64,000 bases of DNA, from assembly GCA_016214055.1 (NCBI GenBank), contig JACRPE010000011.1, forward strand, positions 793 through 64,792, written 5' to 3'. This stretch comes from Candidatus Roizmanbacteria bacterium. GTDB taxonomy: Bacteria; Patescibacteriota; Microgenomatia; UBA1406; GWC2-37-13. The notes under the pieces are model-generated. The model did no database searches. It saw only the letters and a list, made by a program, of their open reading frames with translations, and was not told the DNA's origin. A program made the position numbers and the translations under genes. Below are positions 55,405-63,698 of this stretch, in pieces; the stretch's first letter is position 1; each line of letters starts with the position of its first letter.

Positions 55405-55836
55405 TTGAAGTATTCTATATGGAATTCAAAAAATTATATGTTGCCATTCTATAAAGACTTTACAAAGTGGTTAACTCTTAAACCAAAGCTTGATCAGCTT
55501 GTATCTTATCCAAAATTCCAAGAAGGTGATATATGGTGGTGTCACATCGGCGCAAATGTTGGTCATGAAGAATGCGGAAAAGGAAATAGCTTTTTAAGAC
55601 CAATTATTATCCTCAAAAAATTCAACCACAGGATTTTCTTTGGATTACCAACCAGTTCTAAATTAAAAGAGTCAATATTTTATAGACCAATCATGATTAA
55701 GGGGAAGCAGGTATCTGTTCTCATGTCTCAAATGAGACTGTTTGACGTGAAACGACTATATTATAAACAGGGAAAAATTGGAGATGTAGAATTGCTCAAA
55801 CTCAAGAAAGATTTTGTGAAACTCCTCTTAAAATAG
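55405..55836 (+). CDS. PemK/MazF-family toxin-like protein
   Basis: FQEGDIWWCHIGANVGHEECGKGNSFLRPIIILKK..FGLPTSS. The track start is TTG, and the real start may be an ATG a few codons in. Confidence 0.65.
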   Translation: MKYSIWNSKNYMLPFYKDFTKWLTLKPKLDQLVSYPKFQEGDIWWCHIGANVGHEECGKGNSFLRPIIILKKFNHRIFFGLPTSSKLKESIFYRPIMIKGKQVSVLMSQMRLFDVKRLYYKQGKIGDVELLKLKKDFVKLLLK

Positions 55837-55879
55837 TAACCCCGCTGTCTCCAGCGGGTCGTCCCTTACGGGAATTTGT
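55832..55879 (-). ncRNA. Candidate small RNA S2, convergent with and abutting the PemK stop codon
   Basis: The minus strand reads TTGACA-N13-(TGG)TATAAT-GGAGGTACAAATTCCCGTAAGGGACGACCCGCTGGAGACAGCGGGGTTACTATTTT. It shares ACGACCCG and CCCGTAAG with S1. Confidence 0.3.
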
Positions 55880-55953
55880 ACCTCCATTATACCACCTTTC
55901 CTCCTGTCAAGGGATTTATTTTTTTATTTATTTGATTATTTGTAATTGATTTG
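55865..55953 (+). repeat. Cassette 3' module D2
   Basis: cttacggg...ccattataccacctttcctcctgtcaagggattta...attatttgtaattgatttg. Confidence 0.75.
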
Positions 55954-56147
55954 TCATTTGTGAATTTGTTTATTTGTCATTGCTTGTTTTAGAGGGTACC
56001 TTCTTCTTTTTTTCCTGTCCCTCCGCCCCAAACTCCCACAATTGTTGCATATATACTACAAAAGTACTAAACTGGACTATATTAAGGCCCTTTTTTTGAT
56101 GAATATAGTAATAATTCTCTTATTAATTCCTTTTTTATTAATACTTC

Positions 56148-57266
56148 ATGAATAAACAAAGAAAAATATATTTCGTAATGGCTGGTGGAGGCCATGAAAC
56201 CGACAAGCATTATTACGATACCATTAAAAATCGCCGGTCGGTTAATGAATTTGGTAAATACTTAAAATCTGATGAGGTTACCATATTGGAGAGTTATTCA
56301 CATGGGAGGCCATATGCAGTTTGGGGTGCGGTTCCAGGACCAAGCAATATCAGAAATTGGGAAACAATGAATGAGGGCGATTATGTATTGGTTTACCGTC
56401 AGGGAAAAATTATCCTTGCAGCTGAAATTGCAATGAAAGTGAGAAATCCTGAGTTGGCAAACTATTTTTGGCAGAAAGATACCGATGGAAAAACCTGGGA
56501 GTTTATTTATTTTATGATCAATGACACCCCATTTAATGTCGGTATAGAAAAACTTAACAGTTATCTTGGCTATGAAGTAAATTATCACCCCCAGGGCTTT
56601 ATGGCAATAAAACAGGATAAAGTCGATTATCTTTTATCAGCTTATGGCGATTTGATATCTCTCTTAAAAAAACTTAATGAAGGACAGGAAATAGAAAAAA
56701 TTGAATTTGAGAAAAAGAAAATAGTTAATGAAATACTTGATGATCGTATCGAAAATGCACCAACTGAGCACACGGAAATTCAATGGCGTCTTATTAGATT
56801 GGGTAACCGATCAAATTTTGATGTTTGGGTCCCTATAGCAGATCAATCTAAGGAGTTTAACGGTAATAAATTTAGAGATCATGTTATTCAAAGTTTCCAG
56901 GAATCAATCGACGTACCAACCTATATTAAAAATATTGATACAGTATGGAAGCTTGGATATAGTATAAAATCAGCTTTTGAAATAGAACATTCTACTAGTA
57001 TATATTCAGGAATACTCAGATTATCAGACCTTAGAGCCTTAACCCCAAATTCAACCTATCCCCTTTTTATAGTCGCGAACCGCGATAGAAAGAATAAGGT
57101 TTTTGAACAATTACGAAGACCCACCTTTTCAAATGACTATCTTGCGCTTGACCGGGCTGTAAAATACCTTTCATATGATAAAGTCCGAAGCCTGGACGAA
57201 AGTCTAAAAGAAAAACAGACAGGCTTTAATATTGATTGGCTCATTAAAGAAGCTGAATCAGTATAA
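56148..57266 (+). CDS. Two-domain protein: PUA-like (EVE/ASCH-type?) N-terminus + PD-(D/E)xK-like C-terminus; candidate modification-dependent nuclease
   Basis: The N-terminus has YAVWGAVPGPSNIRNWETMNEGDYVLVYRQGKIILAAEI. The C-terminus has EHTEIQWRLIRLGNRSNFDVWVP..IDTVWKLGYSIKSAFEIEHSTSIYSGILRLSDL (a D...D/E-x-E nuclease-like pattern). The assignment is tentative. Confidence 0.4.
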   Translation: MNKQRKIYFVMAGGGHETDKHYYDTIKNRRSVNEFGKYLKSDEVTILESYSHGRPYAVWGAVPGPSNIRNWETMNEGDYVLVYRQGKIILAAEIAMKVRNPELANYFWQKDTDGKTWEFIYFMINDTPFNVGIEKLNSYLGYEVNYHPQGFMAIKQDKVDYLLSAYGDLISLLKKLNEGQEIEKIEFEKKKIVNEILDDRIENAPTEHTEIQWRLIRLGNRSNFDVWVPIADQSKEFNGNKFRDHVIQSFQESIDVPTYIKNIDTVWKLGYSIKSAFEIEHSTSIYSGILRLSDLRALTPNSTYPLFIVANRDRKNKVFEQLRRPTFSNDYLALDRAVKYLSYDKVRSLDESLKEKQTGFNIDWLIKEAESV

Positions 57267-57280
57267 ATTTTCTGTATAAA

Positions 57281-57685
57281 ATGGATAGATTAACAAAAGC
57301 CGCCCGTTCTGCGAACATGGCGGCAATAAAAAGTAAGAATACAAAACCTGAAAAACTAATATTCAATTTGTTAAAAAAAAGCGGTTATAAGTTTGTAAAA
57401 CACAAAAAGAATTTAACAGGAAAACCTGATGTCGTGTTCGTAAAACAAAAACTGGCAGTATTTATTGACGGGGAGTTTTGGCACGGAAGATATTTTAAGT
57501 CATGGAAAAATGAACTCTCTGATTTCTGGTTTAAAAAAATCAATGCCAACATCAAGCGGGACAAAAAAAATACCCTCTTGTTGAAACATAATGGGTGGAA
57601 GGTAATAAGGATTTGGGATAAAAATCTGAAAGAAAAACCCGAAAAAGAACTGAATAAAATTACGAAAGAACTTAACCGGAGTTAA
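57281..57685 (+). CDS. vsr: Very-short-patch repair endonuclease
   Basis: RSANMAAIKSKNTKPEKLIFNLLKKSGYKF..LTGKPDVVF..AVFIDGEFWHG. Confidence 0.85.
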   Translation: MDRLTKAARSANMAAIKSKNTKPEKLIFNLLKKSGYKFVKHKKNLTGKPDVVFVKQKLAVFIDGEFWHGRYFKSWKNELSDFWFKKINANIKRDKKNTLLLKHNGWKVIRIWDKNLKEKPEKELNKITKELNRS

Positions 57686-58773
57686 TCAATAAATCTTATT
57701 TGAAAATTTAAATTAATTTTATATTCATTGCCTTCCTTATATATTTTACCGTATTTATTTCTGCCACTGTCCGGAGAGTCGAATTTTGTATTTGCAAACA
57801 AATAGTTCTGAAATTGATTTATGTTATAAGGAGTATATCCGACTATTTCGCCGTCTTTTTTGACCACTATTACACCACCTGTTGCAGATATTAATCCTGT
57901 CCAAAGTGATTTCGCCACCATTCCCAAGGCTGAGTAAAATAAAAATTTCTTAAAGTTATGTTTTACATAAAAAGTTATGTTTTCGGGTTGAAAATCACTG
58001 ATGTCAAGATTACTTATTCCGTTAACTACATCCATGAGTGTCCTGTTTTCAGTCTTGTAAAATATAATCAATGCTGCAGCAAGCAATTGATTAAAATATC
58101 CGTCTACCCTTATTAAGTTTTCTTTAAATATTTTATTTTGCGTACTTAAAAACTTTAATTTCCCCCCTGATTCATAAATTTTTGAAATCCTTTTTCTGCA
58201 TGAATTTTCCTGATTGGCCAGCTCAGCAGAATGTTCACTTAATCCTTCAACCAGATATATTAAATTTGTTGCCTGCGATGCATTAAATAATGTTGAAGCA
58301 CTTCCTAACTTCGATTTTATGCTGTAATTTGATTGGGTCACGCTTCTCACCCGTGGATCATATGATCTGATTATCAGATCATATTTATGTTTTGAAACCA
58401 TTGACAGTGATTTTGCTTTTAGAATTGTACCTATTTCATTTCCTGTCTGAAGAAAAAAAGCCCTTTTTCCTTTAACTCCTAAAACTATTTCATTTAAAAA
58501 TTCCGATATTTTATTCTTAATTACACTTCTGTGAATCTTTTCTTCCTTCCCTGATTGCGGATCAAAAATTATTACCTCGTCACTTTTATCGATCTTATAT
58601 GCTTGGTTTTCATTGGATTCCTGCGCTACATGAACTTCTTCAACCACATAAAATACCGACTCTTTTTTTAAAAGTTTCTCATCAGCAATGAATAATTTTC
58701 CTTCGGTTAATAATTTAGCAAGAACATATAACTCGCTCCATTCTCCTTTGTTTCCGATAAATGATTTTTTCAT
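57682..58773 (-). CDS. HpaII-family Type II restriction endonuclease (tentative)
   Basis: The N-terminal NKGEWSELYVLAKLLTEGKL matches my memory of the HpaII-family N-terminus. It starts 4 nt downstream of a C5-MTase. Confidence 0.6.
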   Translation of the reverse strand: MKKSFIGNKGEWSELYVLAKLLTEGKLFIADEKLLKKESVFYVVEEVHVAQESNENQAYKIDKSDEVIIFDPQSGKEEKIHRSVIKNKISEFLNEIVLGVKGKRAFFLQTGNEIGTILKAKSLSMVSKHKYDLIIRSYDPRVRSVTQSNYSIKSKLGSASTLFNASQATNLIYLVEGLSEHSAELANQENSCRKRISKIYESGGKLKFLSTQNKIFKENLIRVDGYFNQLLAAALIIFYKTENRTLMDVVNGISNLDISDFQPENITFYVKHNFKKFLFYSALGMVAKSLWTGLISATGGVIVVKKDGEIVGYTPYNINQFQNYLFANTKFDSPDSGRNKYGKIYKEGNEYKINLNFQIRFID

Positions 58774-58777
58774 TTGT

Positions 58778-59689
58778 TTATTTCACCTGGTTAATTACTT
58801 CAAGTAATTGTGCTGCATAAGCCTGTATAGCGCTGATGGCAACACTGTTACCCAACTGTCTCATTGCCTGCCTTTTCGAAATTTCTTTCGGAAACGTAAA
58901 ATCAGCAGGAAAACCCATCATCTCTGCCGCCTCCTGAACCGTAATCTTATGTACCGTGCCGTCTGACATGCGGTAAGCATCCCAATTTCTCCTGTCATCA
59001 ATTCCCGAACTCACTCCTCCAAGTCGTAAGGTATAACCTATTTCCCGATCAATCTTTTTAGCGAAAAGTTTTGACAGATTAAATTTTAAAGGGATTTTCG
59101 AAGGAGCTTCAAACTTTATATGATTGTCAGCATTATTTCGGAATCCTATCATGTAGGTTCGCGGTCTGTGTGTCGGTAAACCGTAATCGGACGCTCTTAC
59201 GGGATATGCATGAAATGAATAACCCAGCTTTCTTATTATTCTTTCCATCTCTTTTATGGTGCTTCCTCCACCGTGACTCATCAGACCTCTTACGTTTTCA
59301 ATAAAATATGCTTTCGGTCTCCTGGCATCAAGTATTTTTACGATATCGTAAAAAAGCGTGCCTCTTGCCTCGTCCAAAAAGCCCTTTTTTTTACCAGCCT
59401 GACTGAAAGGTTGACATGGAAAACCTCCTGTTAATATGTCAAATTTTGGGATATTAGCCTTAATTTTTTCCAACGATTCGGTTACTTTTGTAATATCTCC
59501 GCCGAAGTGAATCGGCTTTTTAAAAAGTTGCGGATGGCGAGGTTTGAAATAGTTTTCATAGGTTATTCTGCAATACTTTTCATACTCAGATACGTACACA
59601 CATACCGCTCCAAGGTTACTGAAAGCTATATGAAAGCCTCCTATACCAGCAAATAAATCAATGAATTTCCATCCACGCTTTTTTTTCAT
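58778..59689 (-). CDS. dcm: DNA (cytosine-5) methyltransferase
   Basis: FIDLFAGIGGF (motif I), GGFPCQPFSQAGKKKG (motif IV), ENVRGL (motif VI), QLGNSVA (motif X). Confidence 0.9.
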   Translation of the reverse strand: MKKKRGWKFIDLFAGIGGFHIAFSNLGAVCVYVSEYEKYCRITYENYFKPRHPQLFKKPIHFGGDITKVTESLEKIKANIPKFDILTGGFPCQPFSQAGKKKGFLDEARGTLFYDIVKILDARRPKAYFIENVRGLMSHGGGSTIKEMERIIRKLGYSFHAYPVRASDYGLPTHRPRTYMIGFRNNADNHIKFEAPSKIPLKFNLSKLFAKKIDREIGYTLRLGGVSSGIDDRRNWDAYRMSDGTVHKITVQEAAEMMGFPADFTFPKEISKRQAMRQLGNSVAISAIQAYAAQLLEVINQVK

Positions 59690-59698
59690 AAAGAATAA

Positions 59699-60448
59699 TT
59701 ACACTTTACCATCTTCCTCGACATAGTGTAACAAATCATTCTGAAATGTTTGAAGAAGTTCTTTTATTTGTTCCTTGTCCAAGGTAGTGAATAGTTTATA
59801 ACCACCTGTAAAATTCATTCTTCGCATTAATAAACGGACCTTTCCTTCTTTTTGGGTTGAAAATAAATCTGGTTTTTCCAGAATGTATTCCAAAACAGCA
59901 TGAGTAAAATTTCTGTTTCTACCCTGTACTCCCGAGATTAATGTTCTGTTGAAATCCAGCATTGAAAACAACATTTCTGTCAGCTCATAAGGATTCTGTC
60001 GTGTTTTATCTAGTGTCAAATAAACGCCCCACCATAAAGAAGAAACAGCGTTTCGAGAAAGATCAGGAGCGCTCGGATTTTTTACAAACCAGTGCTCCAA
60101 AATATACGAGCTTTTATTTACATTCGGCCATCTAGCTTTTGTATATTTCCAGAACGGTCCATGTGTGAGATATGTCCATAAACCAGGATCAGAAGCTTTA
60201 ATTAAGGGGAGATCTGCGTAGGCCTCATAAATAATCTTTGCATTTTCAAAATCGTATTTGTCTTTTTCGTTGGGAATTGATAAATTAATAGTCTCTGGCA
60301 CCGATATTCTTGCATCGATAAGACAATTTTCATCAAGAATTGTAAAAGAATCTTCAGAATAAAAATTAAGGATGGAACTATCATTATTTTCTAGTCTTTT
60401 TACCAAATGCTCAATGTATGCTTTTTTGAAAACTTTTTGATATATCAT
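59699..60448 (-). CDS. Uncharacterised protein D of the GHKL-associated module (helical, 249 aa)
   Basis: Long ORF with a 4-nt overlap with gene C and a 9-nt gap to dcm. It contains ASDPGLWTYLTHGPFWKYTKARWP..LSRNAVSSLWWGVYLT, which I cannot place in a family. Confidence 0.6.
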   Translation of the reverse strand: MIYQKVFKKAYIEHLVKRLENNDSSILNFYSEDSFTILDENCLIDARISVPETINLSIPNEKDKYDFENAKIIYEAYADLPLIKASDPGLWTYLTHGPFWKYTKARWPNVNKSSYILEHWFVKNPSAPDLSRNAVSSLWWGVYLTLDKTRQNPYELTEMLFSMLDFNRTLISGVQGRNRNFTHAVLEYILEKPDLFSTQKEGKVRLLMRRMNFTGGYKLFTTLDKEQIKELLQTFQNDLLHYVEEDGKV

Positions 60449-61320
60449 ATTGATGATGTTGTGTTTGTTTGCGTAGCGATTTTCTCCATCGATACAAACA
60501 GTCTGTTAAAGGGAAATCCGAGCATGATCTGTGCAATCTGTGGTATGTTGCTTGGATTCCATAACTCTTTTATTTCTGGTTTGTTAAGTTTTTGGGAATC
60601 AAGAACCCTATACCACTTGTAAGCGTTATAATCATCACCGCGATTTGACATCATTTCCGATAAGGCATAAATCAGACAGGATAGCACCAGAGAAGAATGA
60701 TAAATTGAAGGAAAATTCTCGTTTTCATCTTTGTAGTTTTCATGGTATTCATAATTTTTTTTAGATAGATCTATATATATTATGTCTCCTTCTAAATTAA
60801 ATACCGCTGATCCTTCCTCTTTTTCCGAGTCTTGTCTAATTTTAATTATGTTAAAGATTCTTCTCAGATCTTCCCATAGGATCTCCGCTTCAAATGTAAC
60901 CATTCCAGCGTAGGCAATTACATCTCCCGCGTCAAGAACAAAAGAAATGCCGTTATAATCCTCGTTAGCATTTTCGTTAATGTAATTTTGAATTTTTGTA
61001 TTTATGGTGATGTAAAACGATACCGACACGGTATTACGAAGTAAGTTTTTGTTTAATTCGATTTGACAGATAGGATCCGAAAATGAAAATGACTTTCTGA
61101 AAAACGTAGAACGACATTCTATCTCAATAACAAAAACCGCTTTATTGTTTTTCAGTAAATCTTCAATAGTTTTATTTTGTAAAACAAATTCAACTGATAA
61201 AACAGTATTTTCATTAAGCTGTTTCAGAACAAATCCGTCCTTCTTCACTGAGAATAAGCCGTTTATATCGTCTTTACGGCCTAATACTGGATGGGGAAAA
61301 AGTAAACTATTGACTTTCAT
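60445..61320 (-). CDS. Uncharacterised protein C of the GHKL-associated module (291 aa)
   Basis: Long ORF with a 14-nt overlap with gene B. N-terminus LLFPHPVLGRKDDINGLF..VFVIEIECRS. I cannot place it in a family. Confidence 0.6.
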   Translation of the reverse strand: MKVNSLLFPHPVLGRKDDINGLFSVKKDGFVLKQLNENTVLSVEFVLQNKTIEDLLKNNKAVFVIEIECRSTFFRKSFSFSDPICQIELNKNLLRNTVSVSFYITINTKIQNYINENANEDYNGISFVLDAGDVIAYAGMVTFEAEILWEDLRRIFNIIKIRQDSEKEEGSAVFNLEGDIIYIDLSKKNYEYHENYKDENENFPSIYHSSLVLSCLIYALSEMMSNRGDDYNAYKWYRVLDSQKLNKPEIKELWNPSNIPQIAQIMLGFPFNRLFVSMEKIATQTNTTSSI

Positions 61321-63163
61321 ATGCTCTTAAATTTAATGAATATTTACCGGGAATACCGAAAACCAACCTTAATTTTAATTTTTTATTTTCGGGTATGACA
61401 AGACCTGTAACCAGGTTATTTTTAAACTTATAATTTTCTCCATTATCACCGACAACCTTCTTCAAATCTATCTCATCGAAGGAGTCTTCCGTTCCGATCC
61501 GCACTTCCATATCAAATTTATCATTAGGATTTCCGGTGATAAAAACAACGTGTTCAAATTCGGCTCCGTTATCGGTAACGAAGGATCTTACAAATGTAAT
61601 GTTGTTGTTGATCTTTGTCCACTGCTTCCCTTCGGGATCAGGATGACCTTGTCCTTTTTTTCCTCCCCCTTCGCCTCCTCCTACACCACCGCCAAATCCT
61701 CCTCCGCCCGGTTCGGCTTTGACTTCCTGCGGTAAAGTTACCTGAATATTTATGACGGATGATTTTTTAATTGTGTCGGCTCCTCTGATTAAAGATCCTG
61801 TTTGTTCTTTTTTTATTTGACCTTCAATACTCTCAGGATTTCCCTGTTCATCTGGGTTATTATCTTCAGCTGGAGAATAGAAATATTTATCGAGATCCTT
61901 TATGTTAGATTCTGTTGAATCGACTGTTGTTATCAAGGATTTGATAGTTGATCTAATAAATTTATTCAACTCCTTTTCCGCCTTTGCATATTTCTGTATA
62001 TCCTCCAGTTTTATCCTTGAAGGAACATCTTTACTCCACTTACTATGAGTTGGATCTTCCATCTTTCTGAGGATTCCGTTTTCATCTGGCGTAAAAAATA
62101 CCCCAGCAAAACCTTTACCTATATTAAAACCTTTATTTTGAATTACCATCCCCGTATTCCTGAAAAATTCAATTCTTTTCGGATAGTTTTTTTGCATCAG
62201 AATGCGAAGCTTTACGTTGCCTATTACAGGTAAATTCTGTTCAAATAATTCTCCTTCTTTATAGGCTTTGAGATAAGAAATCGGGTTAAAAGCGTCTGAT
62301 AAATCTTCTGCGGAAAAAAAATCATAAACATAATCTTCGATATTGGTATAGTCTATAAAACTATCACCAATCCGGACTTCCAGTAAATTATCGTGTATGG
62401 CAAGCCAAAAATATCTAAGAACAGATTCAACCATTCTTTTTTGCCAATGTTGACAGTCTTCAAAGCCCAAGATATAAATACTTGTTCCTTGTTTTTCACG
62501 TCGGAATTCTTTAGGGATTAACTCGCTATCCCTAACGGCAGGAGAAGAATATACTCCGATTCCCTGCTTCATTACATCGTTTTGTTTGTGACTGACTAAT
62601 CTGAGTTTTCCCTGAAAAACATGTTGATTTTTTTCCCATATGCTTGAAACAAAAATTGTTCTGAAGAGAGATGGTCTGAAATATGCACCTTTACCCAAAC
62701 CGTGACTTCCTCCCATACCTTCAGTCTTGTTTGATGAACCAGCCATTTTCATCAGTTTGTAATAGGCTCCACCTCGATCGTTTTCATCTCCATAAAGACC
62801 GGTTGTATTGTAATCGCTTATTTTCATAACATTAAATGAGATGTTGTTGTGCATGTGATCGTATGCTTTTTTAAAGAAATCCTCTGCTTCTTCGTCTTTA
62901 TCGTCTTTTGATTGTCTCCAACAGGACGCATAAATTTCAGTTAATTTTTCAGCGTCAGGAAGGGATTTAGGAAACATCTTGAATATTTCAAATTCAGCTC
63001 TGGCAGGTCTCTTTTGGGTTAGGTCTTTTGCATCGACTATATTTTGGATTGCCTCCCTGGTGAGAGTATAATGAATATCTTCGGCAGAGAAATTATAAAT
63101 CAGAGGGTCATGGAAGCCAGTTTCTTCAGCAACTCCTATAGGATCAAATATATATGTATCCAT
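61307..63163 (-). CDS. GHKL-superfamily (Hsp90/MutL/MORC-like) ATPase with a Gly-rich linker and a C-terminal beta-rich domain
   Basis: LTREAIQNIVDA (N-box ExxxNxxDA), ISDYNTTGL (G1-like), GMGGSHGLGKGAYF (G2, GxxGxG), then EPGGGGFGGGVGGGEGGGKKG and a ~120-aa C-terminal domain. Confidence 0.55.
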   Translation of the reverse strand: MDTYIFDPIGVAEETGFHDPLIYNFSAEDIHYTLTREAIQNIVDAKDLTQKRPARAEFEIFKMFPKSLPDAEKLTEIYASCWRQSKDDKDEEAEDFFKKAYDHMHNNISFNVMKISDYNTTGLYGDENDRGGAYYKLMKMAGSSNKTEGMGGSHGLGKGAYFRPSLFRTIFVSSIWEKNQHVFQGKLRLVSHKQNDVMKQGIGVYSSPAVRDSELIPKEFRREKQGTSIYILGFEDCQHWQKRMVESVLRYFWLAIHDNLLEVRIGDSFIDYTNIEDYVYDFFSAEDLSDAFNPISYLKAYKEGELFEQNLPVIGNVKLRILMQKNYPKRIEFFRNTGMVIQNKGFNIGKGFAGVFFTPDENGILRKMEDPTHSKWSKDVPSRIKLEDIQKYAKAEKELNKFIRSTIKSLITTVDSTESNIKDLDKYFYSPAEDNNPDEQGNPESIEGQIKKEQTGSLIRGADTIKKSSVINIQVTLPQEVKAEPGGGGFGGGVGGGEGGGKKGQGHPDPEGKQWTKINNNITFVRSFVTDNGAEFEHVVFITGNPNDKFDMEVRIGTEDSFDEIDLKKVVGDNGENYKFKNNLVTGLVIPENKKLKLRLVFGIPGKYSLNLRAYESQ

Positions 63164-63193
63164 TTTTATTTACAACGTTCAGTTTGGGCAATT

Positions 63194-63406
63194 TTAAAAT
63201 TTAAAGGTCTGTTTCACAAACTTGAACTTCGTTTTTACTATTTTCAGCTGTTCCTCAAGTACCTTAAACATTTTATTCACATCTTCTTCATTATAATCGT
63301 AATAACTTTTATTGGAAAGATTGCTTAGAATTCTAATTTGATTGAGAAGATTATTAACTCTTTTGGTAGCAATTCGCTTAAAATGTGATCGTCTGTCCTC
63401 TTCCAT
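63194..63406 (-). CDS. Small helical protein A (70 aa), first gene of the cluster
   Basis: ORF directly behind a TTGACT-N17-TATCAT promoter. KRIATKRVNNLLNQIRILSNLSNKSYYDYNEEDVNKMF. Confidence 0.5.
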   Translation of the reverse strand: MEEDRRSHFKRIATKRVNNLLNQIRILSNLSNKSYYDYNEEDVNKMFKVLEEQLKIVKTKFKFVKQTFKF

Positions 63407-63412
63407 ATTTAA

Positions 63413-63441
63413 ATGATAGTATATATATACAATAAAGTCAA
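63413..63441 (-). promoter_or_regulatory. Sigma70-like promoter of the A-B-C-D-M-R cluster (leaderless)
   Basis: The minus strand reads TTGACT-N17-TATCAT-ttaaat-ATG, so the ATG is 6 nt after the -10 box. Confidence 0.45.
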
Positions 63442-63443
63442 TG

Positions 63444-63474
63444 GGTTATATAACCTATTTAATAGGTTATATAA
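63444..63474. promoter_or_regulatory. Operator-like palindrome GGTTATATAACC plus a half-site repeat
   Basis: A perfect 12-nt palindrome at 63444-63455 and GGTTATATAA again at 63465-63474, immediately upstream of the -35 box. Confidence 0.35.
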
Positions 63475-63698
63475 AATAGCCTTATTATATGGATAATATT
63501 TTACCTTCTCCGTTTATTTAACTATAAGTTGCACAGAATTTACGTTGTTTATTGAAATATTTTCCCCTTTCAATATTTCCCCGATTGACTGTTTTCCTTT
63601 GAGAAATATTGTACCCTGTTCAGGTAAAATATAAGCAACTCCCAGAATTTGTTGGGTTAATTTGACATTCCCCTCCCCATTTGTCACAATGGAGCTGT

